A stretch of 64,000 bases of DNA from Eledone cirrhosa (GCA_964016885.1 OZ024754.1:19096001-19160000); one strand, 5' to 3'. Positions 26,064 through 41,329 are shown, counted from the stretch's first letter. Translations and numbers: made by a program. Notes: generated by a model from the letters alone, not told the origin.

Positions 26064-26209
26064 TGTGTGTGTGTGTGTGTGTGATATGTAGTATGGTTGC
26101 AGGATGCGTCCATAGGCAGTATGCCAGTTGAGCACTCTATACTCCTACGGAGCAGAGTATGATAAAATGGAAAACGAAGAATCAGTGATGCATCGGAACA
26201 CAATGTATT

Positions 26210-26302
26210 ACGTATTACAATTGTTTCTCCGGTGAACAGCTCGAGGTGCGATCTGTTTGTGTCTCAAACCTGACTCTGGATTCGCAAGTTCCTCAGATAC
26301 GT
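26210..26302 (-). ncRNA. Hammerhead ribozyme with long, eroded helix II
   Basis: acgtat-CTGAGGA-aCTTGCGAA...TTCACCGGa-GAAA-CAATTG-TA-atacgt. Inverted 3' half at 26360-26382. Confidence 0.7.
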
Positions 26303-26872
26303 CTAGTGACTTCGAAGCAAATTCTCTTTCAGCAAATTTTCTAGAAAGAGAATTTGTTCGAAACAATTGTAATACGTAATACACTAGTTTACACTTTAAC
26401 CCTCTCAACTAACGAACGCTGCGAATTAGTAGAGTCGTTAAGTACGTCGGATCAAAAATACCTATGTATCTATACCGACTCAGTGTGCTCTGAGATCTAA
26501 TCACGCCGAGGTCAACTTTGCCTTTCATCTTTTCAAGGTCGATTAATAAAGTACCTGTTAAGTACTGGAGTCGATTACTTCCTCTCTCAATTACTTTCTC
26601 GAAAAGAAATCACTCTGTTCCAACTGGAAGTGGGATGTGTTCTGCCATATTTAACATGTCTAAGACACATCGTGGGTCAAGATGGCACCTCTACAAATCC
26701 ATTAACGGTTAAAGGTCCTTTGCTTTCTTTTAAATTGTCAATAATTTCCTCGGTGAATTATGCTTCTAGTTCCTTAAAACACTTAAAAACCTGGGACATA
26801 TTAACACATGGCAGGGCTTAGAGGCTTCAATTCAGAACGTAGAGGGCCGTAATTCTGCCAATCCAATAATAA

Positions 26873-27055
26873 TAATTGTTTCTACTTTTGGCACAAGGCC
26901 AGCAATTACCCAGTACATTACTGGTACTTTATTTTATCGACCCCGTAAGGATGAAAGGCAAAGTTACGCTCGACGGGATTTGAACTGAGACCGTAAAGGG
27001 ACATAACTATGCTGGAAAGCATGGCGTCCAACCCTCTACCGATCTGCCAATTCCC
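26873..27055 (-). mobile_element. SINE family 1
   Basis: Full-length reverse match to the 4853-5040 copy. Confidence 0.9.
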
Positions 27056-28236
27056 AATAATAATAATAATAGTTGGTGATGGTGTTATTATTATTCCCAG
27101 GGACGTCATCTGTTGGAAATTGATAAGTGTCAAACTTGGTCCACCTAGAACTGACTGGTGTATTACAGTAACGATGATGGTATGGTACTATAGTAACGAT
27201 GGTTGTATAGTGGTGTGATGATGTAGAGGTGTGGTGGTGTGGTGGTATAGTTAGTAACGATGGTGGTATAGCAGTGTGGTGGTATAGTGGTATGGTGGTA
27301 TAGTAGTGTAGTGGTATGGTGGTAGCTGGCATACACCAGAAAATAGGTGATTGTAACCTTTTATCATTTTCCATGGAACAATCTACTTGAAATCAACTTG
27401 CCTTCTGATCAGTGAATTAACGTATTGGTATCGATTTCTTAAAAGTGATTAACGTCTGTAATTTGAACACCTTCCTTTTGCTGTATCGAACATTGAACGG
27501 GAAAGAAACGAACACTTCTTCTCAATTAATTAATTAATTAACGGTAATATTTTCTGAAGGCACGTGACCAAGTGGTTAAAGCGTTTTTCCCAACCAAAAG
27601 GTCGTGGGATCTAATGATGGACTGTGTATCGGTAAATACAGGCTAAGTAAGCAGAACAGGGGAATGTCAAAAAGTAGGTCAGTCAGCTTACCGAACGTAA
27701 AATGTAATTATTTTCTATATAATGTGGAAGGTGATATATGTAAGAAGGCGAAAACAATGCAACGTGGACGGTAAGATGAAGGCAACGAAAAAGTTAGTTA
27801 CCTGGTAATCTTTTTTTTTTTTTTTTTCGTCCTTTTATTTTGGTAGAATGGAACGCATATCTGAGAGAAAGGGGTGCACATTGTTGAGCTAGCCAAGGGT
27901 GCTAAATACTGAGGCGTCGGCTCTGACAGCAGCAACAACAACAACAGCAACTATACAATATCAAATTAATAGGTTTGCCTGAAATACTATTTATAGAAAT
28001 GGAAATATTCTTGGATTTTATAGGCCGTTCTTGAAGAGTGACAGAAATATGACATTTTATATTAAAATCTTTGACACAAATTGCATGAAATATTTAGTGA
28101 GACATCTTAACCCTGAAATGACGAATTTCAGATTAAATATAAATCTAGTTAATCCCTCCTCCCGCCCCCGAAACAATCCTGCTTCACTTTCCTCCTTTCT
28201 GTCTAACTCATTTCTCTCTCTCTCTCCTCATACATC

Positions 28237-28300
<64 letters not shown>

Positions 28301-28325
28301 CATACATATATACATGTGCATATAG

Positions 28326-28418
<93 letters not shown>

Positions 28419-28634
28419 TGTATTTTCTATACCTTTCATTTATATATATATATACACACACACACATATATTATACACGTGTACTACTAATTATCTGAGG
28501 ATATCTGTAGATCTCTAAACTATTTTTAGCACCTCTGCGCCTAACCCAGTTTCACCGCTATCATTTAAGTCACGTGTCTTCTCATCACCACTACCAACTC
28601 ATCTCCTTTCTTTTGTGTGTGTGTGAGTACGCAT

Positions 28635-28708
<74 letters not shown>

Positions 28709-28802
28709 GAATGTGTGTGTGTGTGTGTGTATGATTGCGTGTGTATGTGCATTTTTATCTATATGATACATTCATACAAAGAGAAATATTTATATATATA
28801 TT

Positions 28803-28840
<38 letters not shown>

Positions 28841-29004
28841 GGGAGAGAGAGAGAGAGAAAGCCAATGAAAGAGGTGAAAGAAATACCGTTAGAAACAAGA
28901 GAAATTAAGGTAGACATACCTACAGTTACTTGCACGTACATACTGATACAACTATCACACATACAAGTACAAACACACACGCACAAACACAGCTAAAATA
29001 TGAC

Positions 29005-29098
<94 letters not shown>

Positions 29099-29509
29099 TG
29101 CTACAAACAAACGCGCACACAAATACACACATACATCTGAAAAAACGTGTGATGAGTGAGTGTAAAACCATAAAAAATGAATGAATGTCGGTCCGAAGCA
29201 CAGACAAACTTCTTAATACGGGCAGTGAGTCTCATATAACAAGTTACGGAATAGTTGACCGCCATTTTCCATTGGTTTTATTAGCCAATAAGAAAAGGTG
29301 TTCTGGCAGCCATTTTGGCTATATAAAACGAAACTGAAAAGAATCTTTCTCTCAACTTTTCACTTTGCCTCAACATGGTTAAAGCCATTGCTTCCCGCTT
29401 CTACAGCAGCTGTCAGTACCGTAGAAACCTATAGAATCACAGAACCCTATATATACACACATATCAACACGAAAACCCTACTACTATTAATTGAATATGC
29501 AGCTCTGTA

Positions 29510-29716
29510 CAGGGCCAGATTTAATGGGAGCAATTGCTCCCTGCAACTTTTCAATTCCAATTACTTGTGCCAAGCTAACATTAATATGTAAAATTAGGGG
29601 GTTTGCTGTGTATTCTATTTGTGTGGTGTGTGTGTGTGTAAGTGTGTGTGTGTGTGTATGAGGGGGCCCCCAAACCTGAAGTGCCCCAGGCCCCTCAAGG
29701 TCTACATCCAACTCTG
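29510..29716. mobile_element. Old hAT-type MITE
   Basis: Ends CAGGGCCAGATTTA and TACATCCAACTCTG with GGGGCCC subterminal motifs. A related terminus ends at 25474. Confidence 0.45.
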
Positions 29717-30087
29717 ACTCCGTGTGCATTTCAACACACAAAGATCACCTCTAATTTCTCTTCCCTCTCCCCCTTCCTCTGCTCCCTTTCTTTCTCCCCC
29801 TTTTCCTCCCTCTCTTCTTCACTCCCCTTTCTCTTCTCACTTCCTACACCTTCCTACCAATTCATATCCCCATGTAATCCGGCATTCCCACAGACTCTTT
29901 CTACTCATTCTTAGCGTAAACAAGTTGGCATGACCAATTTTGCTCTAGCGGTCAAATTTCCATTCAACAGAATGTAGCCGTTTGTTCCTCAACTTGGTAT
30001 GGGTCTAACACTTTAATTGATTCATTCTTCGCTTACTCTTCTCCGAAAATGGGATTTAACCCGAAACGTCAAATCGTTATATATATA

Positions 30088-30285
30088 TATAACGAAGGAA
30101 GTGTGGTAAGGAACCAGGTGGACCATAACGCACCAGAGTACTCAATACTTAGGGTAGTAGAGAGGGTAATAGGAAAATATTAGACCCCGACAGCAGAGCT
30201 CAAGCCGTTTCGACGGCAATTTCTGAAATTTCAGAAATAGCCGTCGAAACGGTTTGAGCTCTGCCGTCGGGGTCTAACATTTTTC
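30088..30285 (-). mobile_element. Fold-back pLTR end of the 42511-44080 PLE family
   Basis: Tail plus HHR 3' half, then an inversion. Siblings at 34203-34290, 34307-34447, 41570-41680 and 41760-41945. Confidence 0.8.
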
Positions 30286-30828
30286 TCCCTCTCTCTCTCT
30301 CTCTATATATATATATATTAAATAAGAAAAAAAAGAAAATTTCCGCTCTACATGGCTGAATACAATAAATGTAATCTGAGTTTTTCGAATATTAATGATA
30401 ACATTCGTTTCGTTTGCAATTATGCAAACAAGCCTCAATTTTATAGCCATGTCAGTAGAATGAACCCTTCATTCTTGCTCTTGTGTTGGGATGCGAACAG
30501 AACTGACGCTTGAGTCCATAGTGATGTCGAAGTTGTCTGTTCTGTCCTTTCTAGTCGAGAAAGAACCGTTGAATTCAATGATGGTCTGCCTAGCCATATA
30601 TATATTTTTTAAATATTTTTTATTATCTTCATCTGAACCGGATCAATAATGATCTATAATCATTGATCCAGAAACATTATATAGAGTAGCGAAACAATTG
30701 TAAACGGACATTATTAGTATTACTATTATTATTCTTTACATTCCTTACATTAAATTACAACTATGTTGACAATCTTTAAATAATGTCTTTCTTGTGAAAT
30801 TTGTGGTCTTGTTTTGCTTAACTAATGA

Positions 30829-30942
<114 letters not shown>

Positions 30943-31014
30943 AAAAAAGATGAAATCGAAAATGCAACTGGATATATTTTCACTAGCTCTAACAGTTTGG
31001 CAGGTGAACAGTGA

Positions 31015-31060
31015 GCTGTACTGATGAAGGGTGATACCCAGAAACATTAGCGTCTGCAGT
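31015..31060 (+). ncRNA. Hammerhead ribozyme (family of 16837)
   Basis: gctgta-CTGATGA-aGGGTgatACCCa-GAAA-CattagcG-TC-tgcagt. Stem I changes preserve pairing through G-U. Confidence 0.85.
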
Positions 31061-31877
31061 TCTGTTTCCATGCCAACACAAGAGCAAGAATGAAATGTTC
31101 ATTCTACTGACATGGCTATAAAATTGAGGCTTGTTTGCATAATTGCAAACGAATCGAATGTTATTATTAATATTCGAAAAACTCATGTTGCATTTATATA
31201 TATATTGAATTGTATATATTAAATATATATTGAATTGTATAATTACTTATTATCGGAAGCAAAACTTAAATTTCTGGTAGCTCCTATAACCAGAGTACGG
31301 TAGACTGTTTGGAATTCGAATTAAGAAAATGTGACTTCATTAATTCTTCACTAAATATGTTAATTGGGATTCAAGGTCTTTAATGACGTCAACAAAGAAA
31401 GGAAAGTACGAAAGAAGTATTTTAAAAGGTTGAAGTGAGGTGAGGACATAAGAGGAATTACCACGAACCTAACTCATGTTTATAACATTATTAGCGGCTG
31501 ACGGTGCGATGGCTGGCCTTAAACAGGGATCTCATTTAGGTCAGTTGTATATAACGATTCTATCAACAGAACAAAATAGCATTAATTAATAATTTCAATC
31601 TCGTTCTGTTTTCTATCGTTTTTGTTGTTTTTTCCCCCATTCATATTACTTTATCACGGTAATATAATCATAAGACCAGGTGATAAATGCAACATATCTA
31701 AAGATGAACGCTATTTATATTAGGAAAAGTTAGTCACGCATGCCTGTATTAAATGCAAGCTACTTTTGAAAGAACAGCTTTCGTTAAATGCCATTCGTCA
31801 AAGATTAACGTAAGAGGTATCAAACACAATACAAATCTGTTTTCAGCCTTTCCTTATCACGTTTTGATGGGGGGAGG

Positions 31878-32560
31878 TTAATATTTTAATATCTTATTTG
31901 AGACGATGAGCGTCTCAGTTTTGCAGCACTCGGCATCAAACCTATCGAATGCAAGTCGGAGATCACATTCTGTCGTGTTAAGTAACATGATGTCATCTGC
32001 AAATTCCGGCCCACTGATTTTACACCTGCCAGTCATGATACCACTTCCAATTCGGTATTCATGCCAACCCTTGCCTATAGTCATGGATCTTGGATAATGA
32101 CCGAAAGAATAGGATCAGCCGAAATGGGGGTTCCCCCAAAGGGTCTTTGGAGTAACGTTACGCGATAGAATGCGTAGCTCGAATTTCAGAGTCACTCCAG
32201 GTAGATCCGCTACTTCTCCGAATTAAGAGATCACAGCTCCGATATTATGGGCATGTGGTAAGAATGTCTGAGGAAAGAATCGCAGGACAGGTTTTACGGA
32301 CAAAACCAACCGGCAGGGGGGCCAGGGCTAGACGCCGAGCAAGATGGTTGGATAACATCCATGAGCTTAGCTGGTCTATCTTAGGCATCCAGCAGGATCA
32401 GTGGAAGATGGTTGCTTCTAACAGGACCCAGGGATCCAGCAGGATCAGTGGAAGATGGTTGCTTCTAACAGGACCCAGGGATCCAGCAGGATCAGTGGAA
32501 GATGGTTGCTTCTAACAGGACCCACTGGAGGACAGTTTGAGGAGGATTCTGCCCCACCTC
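31878..32560. mobile_element. RTE-like LINE remnant with 5' inversion
   Basis: FADD RT motif on the minus strand (31878-32084). QLRYYGHVVRM...RARWLDNI on the plus strand. A ~47-bp unit is triplicated at 32387-32524. Confidence 0.7.
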
Positions 32561-32922
32561 TCTGGAATCCACACACTCTTCAGGGGAGTGTAATTCTTCA
32601 AGTCTAAGAGAAATGGAACAAGATATAATATATGGTAGGGAAATATATATATAAACGTTAGATAGAAACGTGTGTGGTGTGTGTGTGTGTGTGTGTGTGT
32701 GTGCGGTGTGTGTGTGTGGTGTGTGTGTGTGTGCGGTGTGTGTGTGTGGTGTGTGTATGTGTGTATGTGTGGGTGTGGGTGTGTGTGTGTGTGTGTGTTG
32801 TGTGTGTGTGTGTGTGTGTGTGTGTCAGTTCAGTAACTGTTGCCAAGTTACAGCAATTATATTAATGTCACAGCTCAGTCAGACACATATTTGCAGTTAC
32901 ATTGTAAACAAACAGATATATA

Positions 32923-33105
32923 TAATTGTTTCTACTTTAGGCACAAGGCCAGCAATTATCCCAGTGTATTACTGGTACTTTATTTTATCGACCCCGTAAG
33001 GATGAAAGGCAAAGTTAACCTCGGCAGGATTTGAACTCAGAATGGCAAGGGCTGTAACTCTATGCTGCAAAGCATGTCGTCCGACCCTCTACCGATACTG
33101 CCAAA
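32923..33105 (-). mobile_element. SINE family 1
   Basis: Full-length match. Confidence 0.9.
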
Positions 33106-33129
33106 TGGAAGACAAACGCCGATAATGCA

Positions 33130-33552
33130 CTCTTTCTTATTCCATACTCTTCCCCTTCCGCATCTCTTCTACCTCCTCTTCCATATCCACCTCCTCTCCT
33201 TCTTTCTTTTCCACATCCTCTCTCTCCTCCCTCCACTCTTCTTTTTCCACCTCCTCTCCCACCTTTCCCCTCCCTCCCATTCTTCCACATCCACCTCCCT
33301 TTCTTTCTTCTCCACCTCCTCTCCCACTTTTCCCCTCCCTCCCACATCCACCTCCCCTTCTTTCTTCTCCATCTCCTCTCCCACCTTTCCCCTCCCTCCC
33401 ACATCCACCTCCCCTTCTTTATTCTCCACCTCCTCTCCCACCTTTCCACCTCCCTCCCCCTTCTTTCTTCTCCACCTCCTCTCCCACCTTTCCCATCCCT
33501 CCCACTCTTTCACATCCACCTCCCCTTCTTTCTTCTCCACCTCCTCTCCCTC
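33130..33552. repeat. Polypyrimidine minisatellite, ~57-60-bp unit
   Basis: Repeated CACCTCCTCTCCCACCTTTCCC...CACATCCACCTCCCC. Confidence 0.85.
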
Positions 33553-33959
33553 TAATCGTTACATAAACCAGATTATTCAGGACCCCACTGACGAGTTTCG
33601 CTGTCTCCATTTACCTAGTTGGTAGGTGGAGGAAGATTGCAAGCAGGATGATAAATAAATATATAAAGTGTGAAGGGGGAGGAGGAGGGCGTTTTCCTGG
33701 AATAGAACGATACTTTAGGGTCCCAAATAATAGGGGAGGATGTTGGACATTCGCTTAAGTTCTTATAAGCGCGGGGGGGGGGGGGGGAGTAATTGTATAG
33801 TGTAAGTTCGTAAATATGGGATTTCTTGTAATGTTCTTTTTTTTTTGTCAGATATAATGGGGTTTTTTAATGTAAAATAAAATTATTAGTTTCTCCAGCT
33901 GCTGTATCAATGTGAATCACTTACAATAGAATTTCGCCGGAGATAACTTTCTGTCTTTC

Positions 33960-34110
33960 TACCTATCTCTGTCACCTCGAAAACGCACGCCGTTCAGTTT
34001 TCTCTCGCTATCTACGTACATATCTCTCGCTTGGTGACCCCCCTCCCCTCTCTATATAATGTGAGCGTAACGTAACGGATGGACGGACAGTGCTCTTATT
34101 ATAATATAGA
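33960..34110 (-). mobile_element. Helitron-like non-autonomous 5' end
   Basis: a^TCTATATTATAATAAGAGCACTGTCCGTCC start with a short tetranucleotide repeat. No 3' CTAG end identified. Confidence 0.4.
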
Positions 34111-34115
34111 TTTAC

Positions 34116-34206
<91 letters not shown>

Positions 34207-34639
34207 CGAAGGAAATGTGGTAATTAGCCGATCGAATTAGCCGTCGAAACGGCTTGAGCTCAGCTGTCGGGGTCTTACTGGTTCCTATATATATATATAT
34301 ATATATATAACGAAGGAAATGTGGTAAGGAACCAAGTGGACCATAACGCACCAAAGTACTCAATACTTAGGGTAGTAGAGTGGGTAATAGGAACGAGTAG
34401 GACCCCGACGGCTGAGCTCAAGCCGTTTCGACGGCTAATTCTGGTCCAGTTAGAAAGGATGTGATTAGTTGCTTACGGCTGGTAGGTTGTATTGGGCTGC
34501 GCTTTCTAGCAATAAGCCTACCAGCCGTAAGCAACTAATCACATCCTTTCTAACTTGACCGCTGCCACGTCACGATTCTTAGCCATTTTTTAATGTATTC
34601 TTGGCGCGATCACTTTGGAAAATTAATTGTCTAATTTTG

Positions 34640-34725
34640 AGCTAACTCCTGATGAATCCGAAGCTCTGGATATCCCCTGTTATCGGATGTCTTAAAATAC
34701 GGATGAAACCATGGTAGAGGTAGTT
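34640..34725 (+). ncRNA. Hammerhead ribozyme with large loop II
   Basis: agctaactc-CTGATGA-ATCCG(39 nt)CGGAT-GAAA-CCATGG-TA-gaggtagtt. Confidence 0.85.
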
Positions 34726-35100
34726 AAATATGTACACGTTTCTTCTAAGTTTATTTTACACCTAATTGTGTTTAGTTGACTGTATATCTGGTCGATTTAT
34801 ACATGCTGTCGAAATGTTCGATAAATACTCCGCCGTAACCGCCGCGAAGGGGCTGCTTTCGGTTATTTGTCGGAGATTTCTTCATAGGAGTCTTTATTCT
34901 TATAGCTTGGTCTAATTGATTTTTTTATATGGTTAATTATGCTAATTGGGAGAGGAAACGGTATATATTTTATCTAGTGGTTCTAAAGACATGTTTTATG
35001 ATATATAGCTCTGATTATTTAATTTATTAATTCTTCATTGAGCCACAACATGACCCGTTGCAAAACACATATATATCTATGACTTTATATATATGTAAAC

Positions 35101-35145
<45 letters not shown>

Positions 35146-35164
35146 TCTTATGTTGTTTATTACA

Positions 35165-35218
<54 letters not shown>

Positions 35219-35261
35219 AAGTAAAAGCGAAGTAGTTTCAGATGTTCAAGTCCTTTAATAA

Positions 35262-35620
35262 TAATTGTTTCTACTTTAGGCACAAGGCCAGCAAAAACCC
35301 AGTGCATTACTGGTACTTTATTTTATCGACCCCGTAAGGATGAAAGGCAAAGTCAACCTCGGCGGCATTTGAACTCAGATCGTAAAGGGACGTAACTATG
35401 GTGGAAAGCATGGCGTCCGACTCTCTACCGATACTGCCAATCCAAATAATTGTTTCTACTTTAGGCACAAGGCCAGCAATTACCCAGTGTATTACTGGTA
35501 CTTTATTTTATCGACCCTGTAAGGATGAAAGGCAAAGTCAACCTCGGCGGGATTTGAACTCAGATCGTAAAGGGACGTAACTATGCTGGAAAGCATGACG
35601 TCCGACCCTCTACCGATACT
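35262..35620 (-). mobile_element. Two head-to-tail SINE family-1 copies
   Basis: 35262-35441 and 35446-35620. Confidence 0.9.
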
Positions 35621-35744
35621 AATGGTGTGATATATATTTCAATGAAACTACTTCGCTTTTACTTATTCGATATTTACTCCGTCACTCCTATGTGGAAAAA
35701 GTACGTAGAGTGCTTGAATTGAATTGCATCAATATTTACCCTAA

Positions 35745-35796
<52 letters not shown>

Positions 35797-36084
35797 TATG
35801 TATATATATATAAATTATGTATCTACGTAACATACATATGTAAAAGCTTTTGTGTAGATGTAGGAGCTTGTACCAGAACTGTCCATACCATTGTTTAATA
35901 AATATAACAAGAGAAGCATCAAACGAATTTGTTGCTTATAAAATATATTATAAGCGAGTCTCTGGGGAGAACTAGAAAATTAATAGGAGAATAAATTTAA
36001 TGATAAAGTTCTAGCAACACTAGTGAAGGTTGATGGCATATACACTGACACCGACATTAGCAACAACAACACTCTCACACTACC

Positions 36085-36102
36085 ACCACAACTACAACTA
36101 CA

Positions 36103-36152
<50 letters not shown>

Positions 36153-36960
36153 CATCACAGCTATCACTATTACAACAACCATCACCACAGCTGCTGCTAT
36201 CACCACCACCATACCATCACCACTGCTGCTGCTACAACTACTACCACCACCACCAATACTACTTCCACCACCACCACCTCTACCACAACCAGTACTACTA
36301 TTAGCACTTCTACTACCACCACTACTACTACTACTACAACTACTACCACCACCACTACTATTACTACCACCACTGCCACTACTACTATTACCACTTCTAC
36401 TACCACCACTACTACTACTACAACTACTACCACCACCACTACCACCACTACCACCACTACCGCTACTACAACTACCACCACCAATACTACTACCACCACC
36501 ACCACTACCACAACCAGTACTACGATTACCACTTCTACTACCACCACCACTACTACTACCACCACTACTGCTACTACAACCACCACCACCAATACTACTA
36601 CCACCACCACCACCACTACCACAACCAGAACTACTATTACCACTTCTACTACCACCACTACTACTTCTACAACTACTACTACAACTACCACCACCAATAC
36701 CACTAGCACCACTACCACAACCAGTACTACTATTAGCACCACTACCACTAGCACCACTACCACAACCAGTACTACTATTACCACTTCTACTACAACCACT
36801 ACTACTACTACAACTAGCACCACCACCACTATTACTGCTACTACAACTACCATTAATACCATCACCACCACTACTAACACCACCACTATTACTGTTACTA
36901 CAACTACCACTAATACCACCACCACCACCACCACCACCACCACAACCGCTACTCCCACCA
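36085..36960. repeat. (ACT/ACC)n low-complexity trinucleotide tract
   Basis: Direct reading. Confidence 0.95.
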
Positions 36961-37075
36961 ACAACATTGAAAAACACTTAATGTCTGTCAACGTAATTGG
37001 TTTATGAATATTTCAATACTTCCGGTGAAAACATTGTCTACCATTTTTTTAATTTATCAGAAACGACGGTGGGGG

Positions 37076-37169
<94 letters not shown>

Positions 37170-37274
37170 AAACATTTACACACACATGTATTAGTATCCT
37201 AATAAATAAATAAGTAAATTGAATATCGATATAATTGCTATGTAAAGAGAGAACAAATCAATCGTTTCCTTCCA

Positions 37275-37394
37275 TGGACGGGAATATATTATCAGTGTGT
37301 GTGTATCCCGGGTATATTATATATGTGTGTGTGTGTGTGTGTGTATCCGGGGTATATTATATATGTGTGTGTGTGTCTGTGTATCCGGGTATAT

Positions 37395-37433
<39 letters not shown>

Positions 37434-37473
37434 ATCAGGGTATATCATATGTGTGCGTAAATCCCGGGTATAT

Positions 37474-37508
<35 letters not shown>

Positions 37509-37624
37509 ATCCGGGTATATCATATGTGTGTGTAAATCCCGGGTATATTATATCTGTGTGTGTGTGTGTGTGTGTGTATCCGGGGTATATTATATATATG
37601 TGTGTGTGTGTATTCCGGGTAGAT

Positions 37625-37665
<41 letters not shown>

Positions 37666-38026
37666 TCGGGGTATATTATATATATATGTGTGTGTGTGTC
37701 TATCCGGGTATATTATGTGTGTGTGTATCCGGGGTATATTATATGTGTGTGTGTGTGTGTATCCCGGATATATATATATATGTGTGTGCGTGTGTGTGTA
37801 TCCGGGGTATATTATATATATGTGTGTGTATGTGTATCCAGGGTATATTATATATATATGTGTGTGTGTGTATCCGGGGTATATTATATATATGTGTGTG
37901 TGTGTGTATCCGGGGTATATTATATATATGTGTGTGTGTGTGTGTATCCCGGATATATAATATATATATGTGTGTGTGTGTGTGTCCGGGGTATATTATA
38001 TATATGTGTGTGTGTGTGTATCCGGG

Positions 38027-38057
<31 letters not shown>

Positions 38058-38286
38058 ATCCCGGGTATATTATATATATGTGTGTGTGTGTGTATCCGGG
38101 GTATATTATATATATATATGTGTGTGTGTGTATCCCGGGTATATTATATATATGTGTGTGTGTGTGTATCCCTGGTATATTATATATATGTGTGTGTGTG
38201 TGTGTATCCCGGATATATTATATATATATGTGTGTGTGTGTGTGTCCGGGGTATATTATATATATGTGTGTGTGTGTGTATCCGGG

Positions 38287-38319
<33 letters not shown>

Positions 38320-38421
38320 CCAGGGTATATATATATGTGTGTGTGTGTATCCGGGGTATATTATATATATATGTGTGTGTATCCGGGGTATATTATATAT
38401 ATGTGTGTGTGTGTGTATCCG

Positions 38422-38455
<34 letters not shown>

Positions 38456-38479
38456 TGTGTGTGTGTATCCAGGGTATAT

Positions 38480-38516
<37 letters not shown>

Positions 38517-38598
38517 CCGGGATATATTATATATATGTGTGTGTGTGTGTATCCGGGTATATATATATATATATATGTATGTGTGTGCGTGAATCCGG

Positions 38599-38675
<77 letters not shown>

Positions 38676-38754
38676 ATCCCGGGTATATTATATATATATA
38701 TGTGTGTGTGTATATCCCGGGTATATTATATATATGTGTGTGTGTGTGTATCCG

Positions 38755-38788
<34 letters not shown>

Positions 38789-38812
38789 TGTGTGTGTGTA
38801 TCCAGGGTATAT

Positions 38813-38855
<43 letters not shown>

Positions 38856-38935
38856 GGGATATATTATATATATGTGTGTGTGTGTGTATCCGGGTATATA
38901 TATATATATATATGTATGTGTGTGCGTGAATCCGG

Positions 38936-38990
<55 letters not shown>

Positions 38991-39091
38991 ATCCCGGGTA
39001 TATTATATATATATATGTGTGTGTGTATATCCCGGGTATATTATATATATGTGTGTGTGTGTGTGTGCGTGTGTGTCTATCCGGGGTATAT

Positions 39092-39126
<35 letters not shown>

Positions 39127-39211
39127 ATTCGGGGTATATTATATATATGTGTGTGTGTGTGTATCCGAAGTATATTATATGTGTGTGTGTGTGTGTGTAT
39201 CCCGGATATAT

Positions 39212-39250
<39 letters not shown>
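37275..39250. repeat. Compound minisatellite (TG)n-TATCCGGG-TATATTA(TA)n
   Basis: About 50 units of variable length. Confidence 0.95.
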
Positions 39251-39253
<3 letters not shown>

Positions 39254-39449
39254 CGACGATTTAACTTCACAAAAGATTGGAAATTCAGAGAATTTCCAAT
39301 GGAAAATCAGTTCTTCAGACAGCTATTTCCATTCTATAGGGCATAAAGCTGCACAGTTTGTAAATATTTACTGCCCGATGTATGAAGTCAGGCCGTTAAA
39401 GTGACCCACACATAAACAGGCCGTTAGTAATAGCGGGAATATTTACAAA

Positions 39450-41329
39450 GTCAATCAACCGAAACTAAAAGCTGTTCCATACATCTCCATACACAACCCG
39501 CTCAACAATGAGGCCTTTGAAACCATCCTCCAGAACATCCCTGTATTAAAAAAGGACCATAGAATGAACCAAATCCTTCGAACACACGATATCATAAAGA
39601 GCAAAAGACAATCTAAGTCAATGAAAAACATCCTAACACATGCCAAAGTACTGCCAACCACAACAACGAAACCCACAGTAAAAAAATGCGATAAACCCAA
39701 CTGTGGTATATGCATCAACCTAATAGAGGGTTCGGAATTCTATTTCAAACAAGGACAACGTTTTATAATAAAACACAATTTCACATGCGCATCAGAAAAT
39801 CTAATATATGTATTAACTTGCTCAGGATGTCGAGAACAATACATAGGCCAGACTAAAAACAGCCTCCGCCAACGCATGACTGTCCATAGATCCCAAATCA
39901 AAATACCGGAATACAGAAAAATTGCACTGAGTGAACACATTTATACCTGTGCCACCCAAAATCATCCCAACCTTAGAATCTTTCCCCTTTACAAATTTAA
40001 AGATAATGCCACCCACACCCAGCGTATCAGCAAGGAATCTCACTTTATTAACAAATACGGACCCCGTTTAAACACTTCTTTGTAAGACGAACCCACAACA
40101 TACACACGTTGACAAACATACCTACATCAGCATACACCCTACATACATTTCTATCCACATATAAACACAATGGCATACGTAAACACACATGTTCTATGGT
40201 GCAACACAAATATACACAAATTCGCACACCTTTTGATGTTTATAGATATACACGTGCCGACACGCACACATACACATACGCACACATGTATTGCACGTTG
40301 ATGGGTACATACATATTTGTACACGAGTATCCCATACGGCAGGGCCTAATGGATTCCCCTTGCAGTACGTACAATCTGGACTCACACACGCATTGTTGTT
40401 ATGACAATACAATACATCATTTCACCTCTTTTATTATTGATGTTATTGATGTTCTTTTGAGAGAATCGTTTTAGCAAATGACTGAAAATATCGAATAATT
40501 GTTTCTACTTTAGGCACAAGGCCAGCAATTAACCAGTGTATTACTGGTACTTTATTTTATCGACCCCGTAAGGATGAAAGGCAAAGTCAACCTCGGCGGG
40601 ATTTGAACTCAGATCGTAAAGGGACGTAACTATGCTGGAAAGCATGGCGCCCGACCCTCTACCGATACTGCTAATCCACCGCCAAAATATCGAATAATGT
40701 ACACCATTTTTACCAGTACCACAAAAATACTAGTGCATCCACACACACACACACACGCGTACACTAACATACAGACAGACATACACACACACACATACGC
40801 GCGCGCGCATGCACACGCGTACACTAACATACAAACAGACACACACACACACACACACACACACACTTCGACGTATAAGACAAGAGCTGAAAAATATGTT
40901 TCAACATGTTAAAATAACCCCCCCCCCCCGCACACACACACACGTACACACTGACCAATTCATTTCCATTATCACAACAATGAACCACTTTGCTACACAC
41001 ACACACATATTTGTTCTTAATAGACACCTGAACTGTTGACCTCTCAACATGACTGCAACTCAAGCAAGCAGAAAAGGACACTCTTCGACAAACCTAAATT
41101 TGGCGCGAAACCAGTTCGCGCTAAAATCAATTTAAATATTCACGTGACTTCTACCGACCAATCAAAATTGTTTTGACTACAAGAATTTTTGCAACACGAA
41201 TTTTGAAAAGCATAAGAAATGCGCAACCGGTAAAAACTTAAAACTAAAACTGAATACTAACTAACACTTATTCCTAATTAAACTATTTTTCACTGGGAAA
41301 AATTTGTCAGCATTTTCTTTCCCTTTTTA

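Noticed and set aside
30043-30075. CCGAAAA-tGGGatttaaCCC-GAAA-CG-TC
   Set aside because: Probably a decayed minimal HHR; C3-A8 mismatch and no stem I, so not called functional.
36023-37007. Mucin-like poly-Thr ORF
   Set aside because: Trinucleotide low-complexity tract open in several frames; no signal peptide or domain.
37235-39404. Cys/Val/Tyr/Ile ORFs, and all similar YI/CV/HT ORFs in the track
   Set aside because: Translations of (TA)n/(TG)n repeats.
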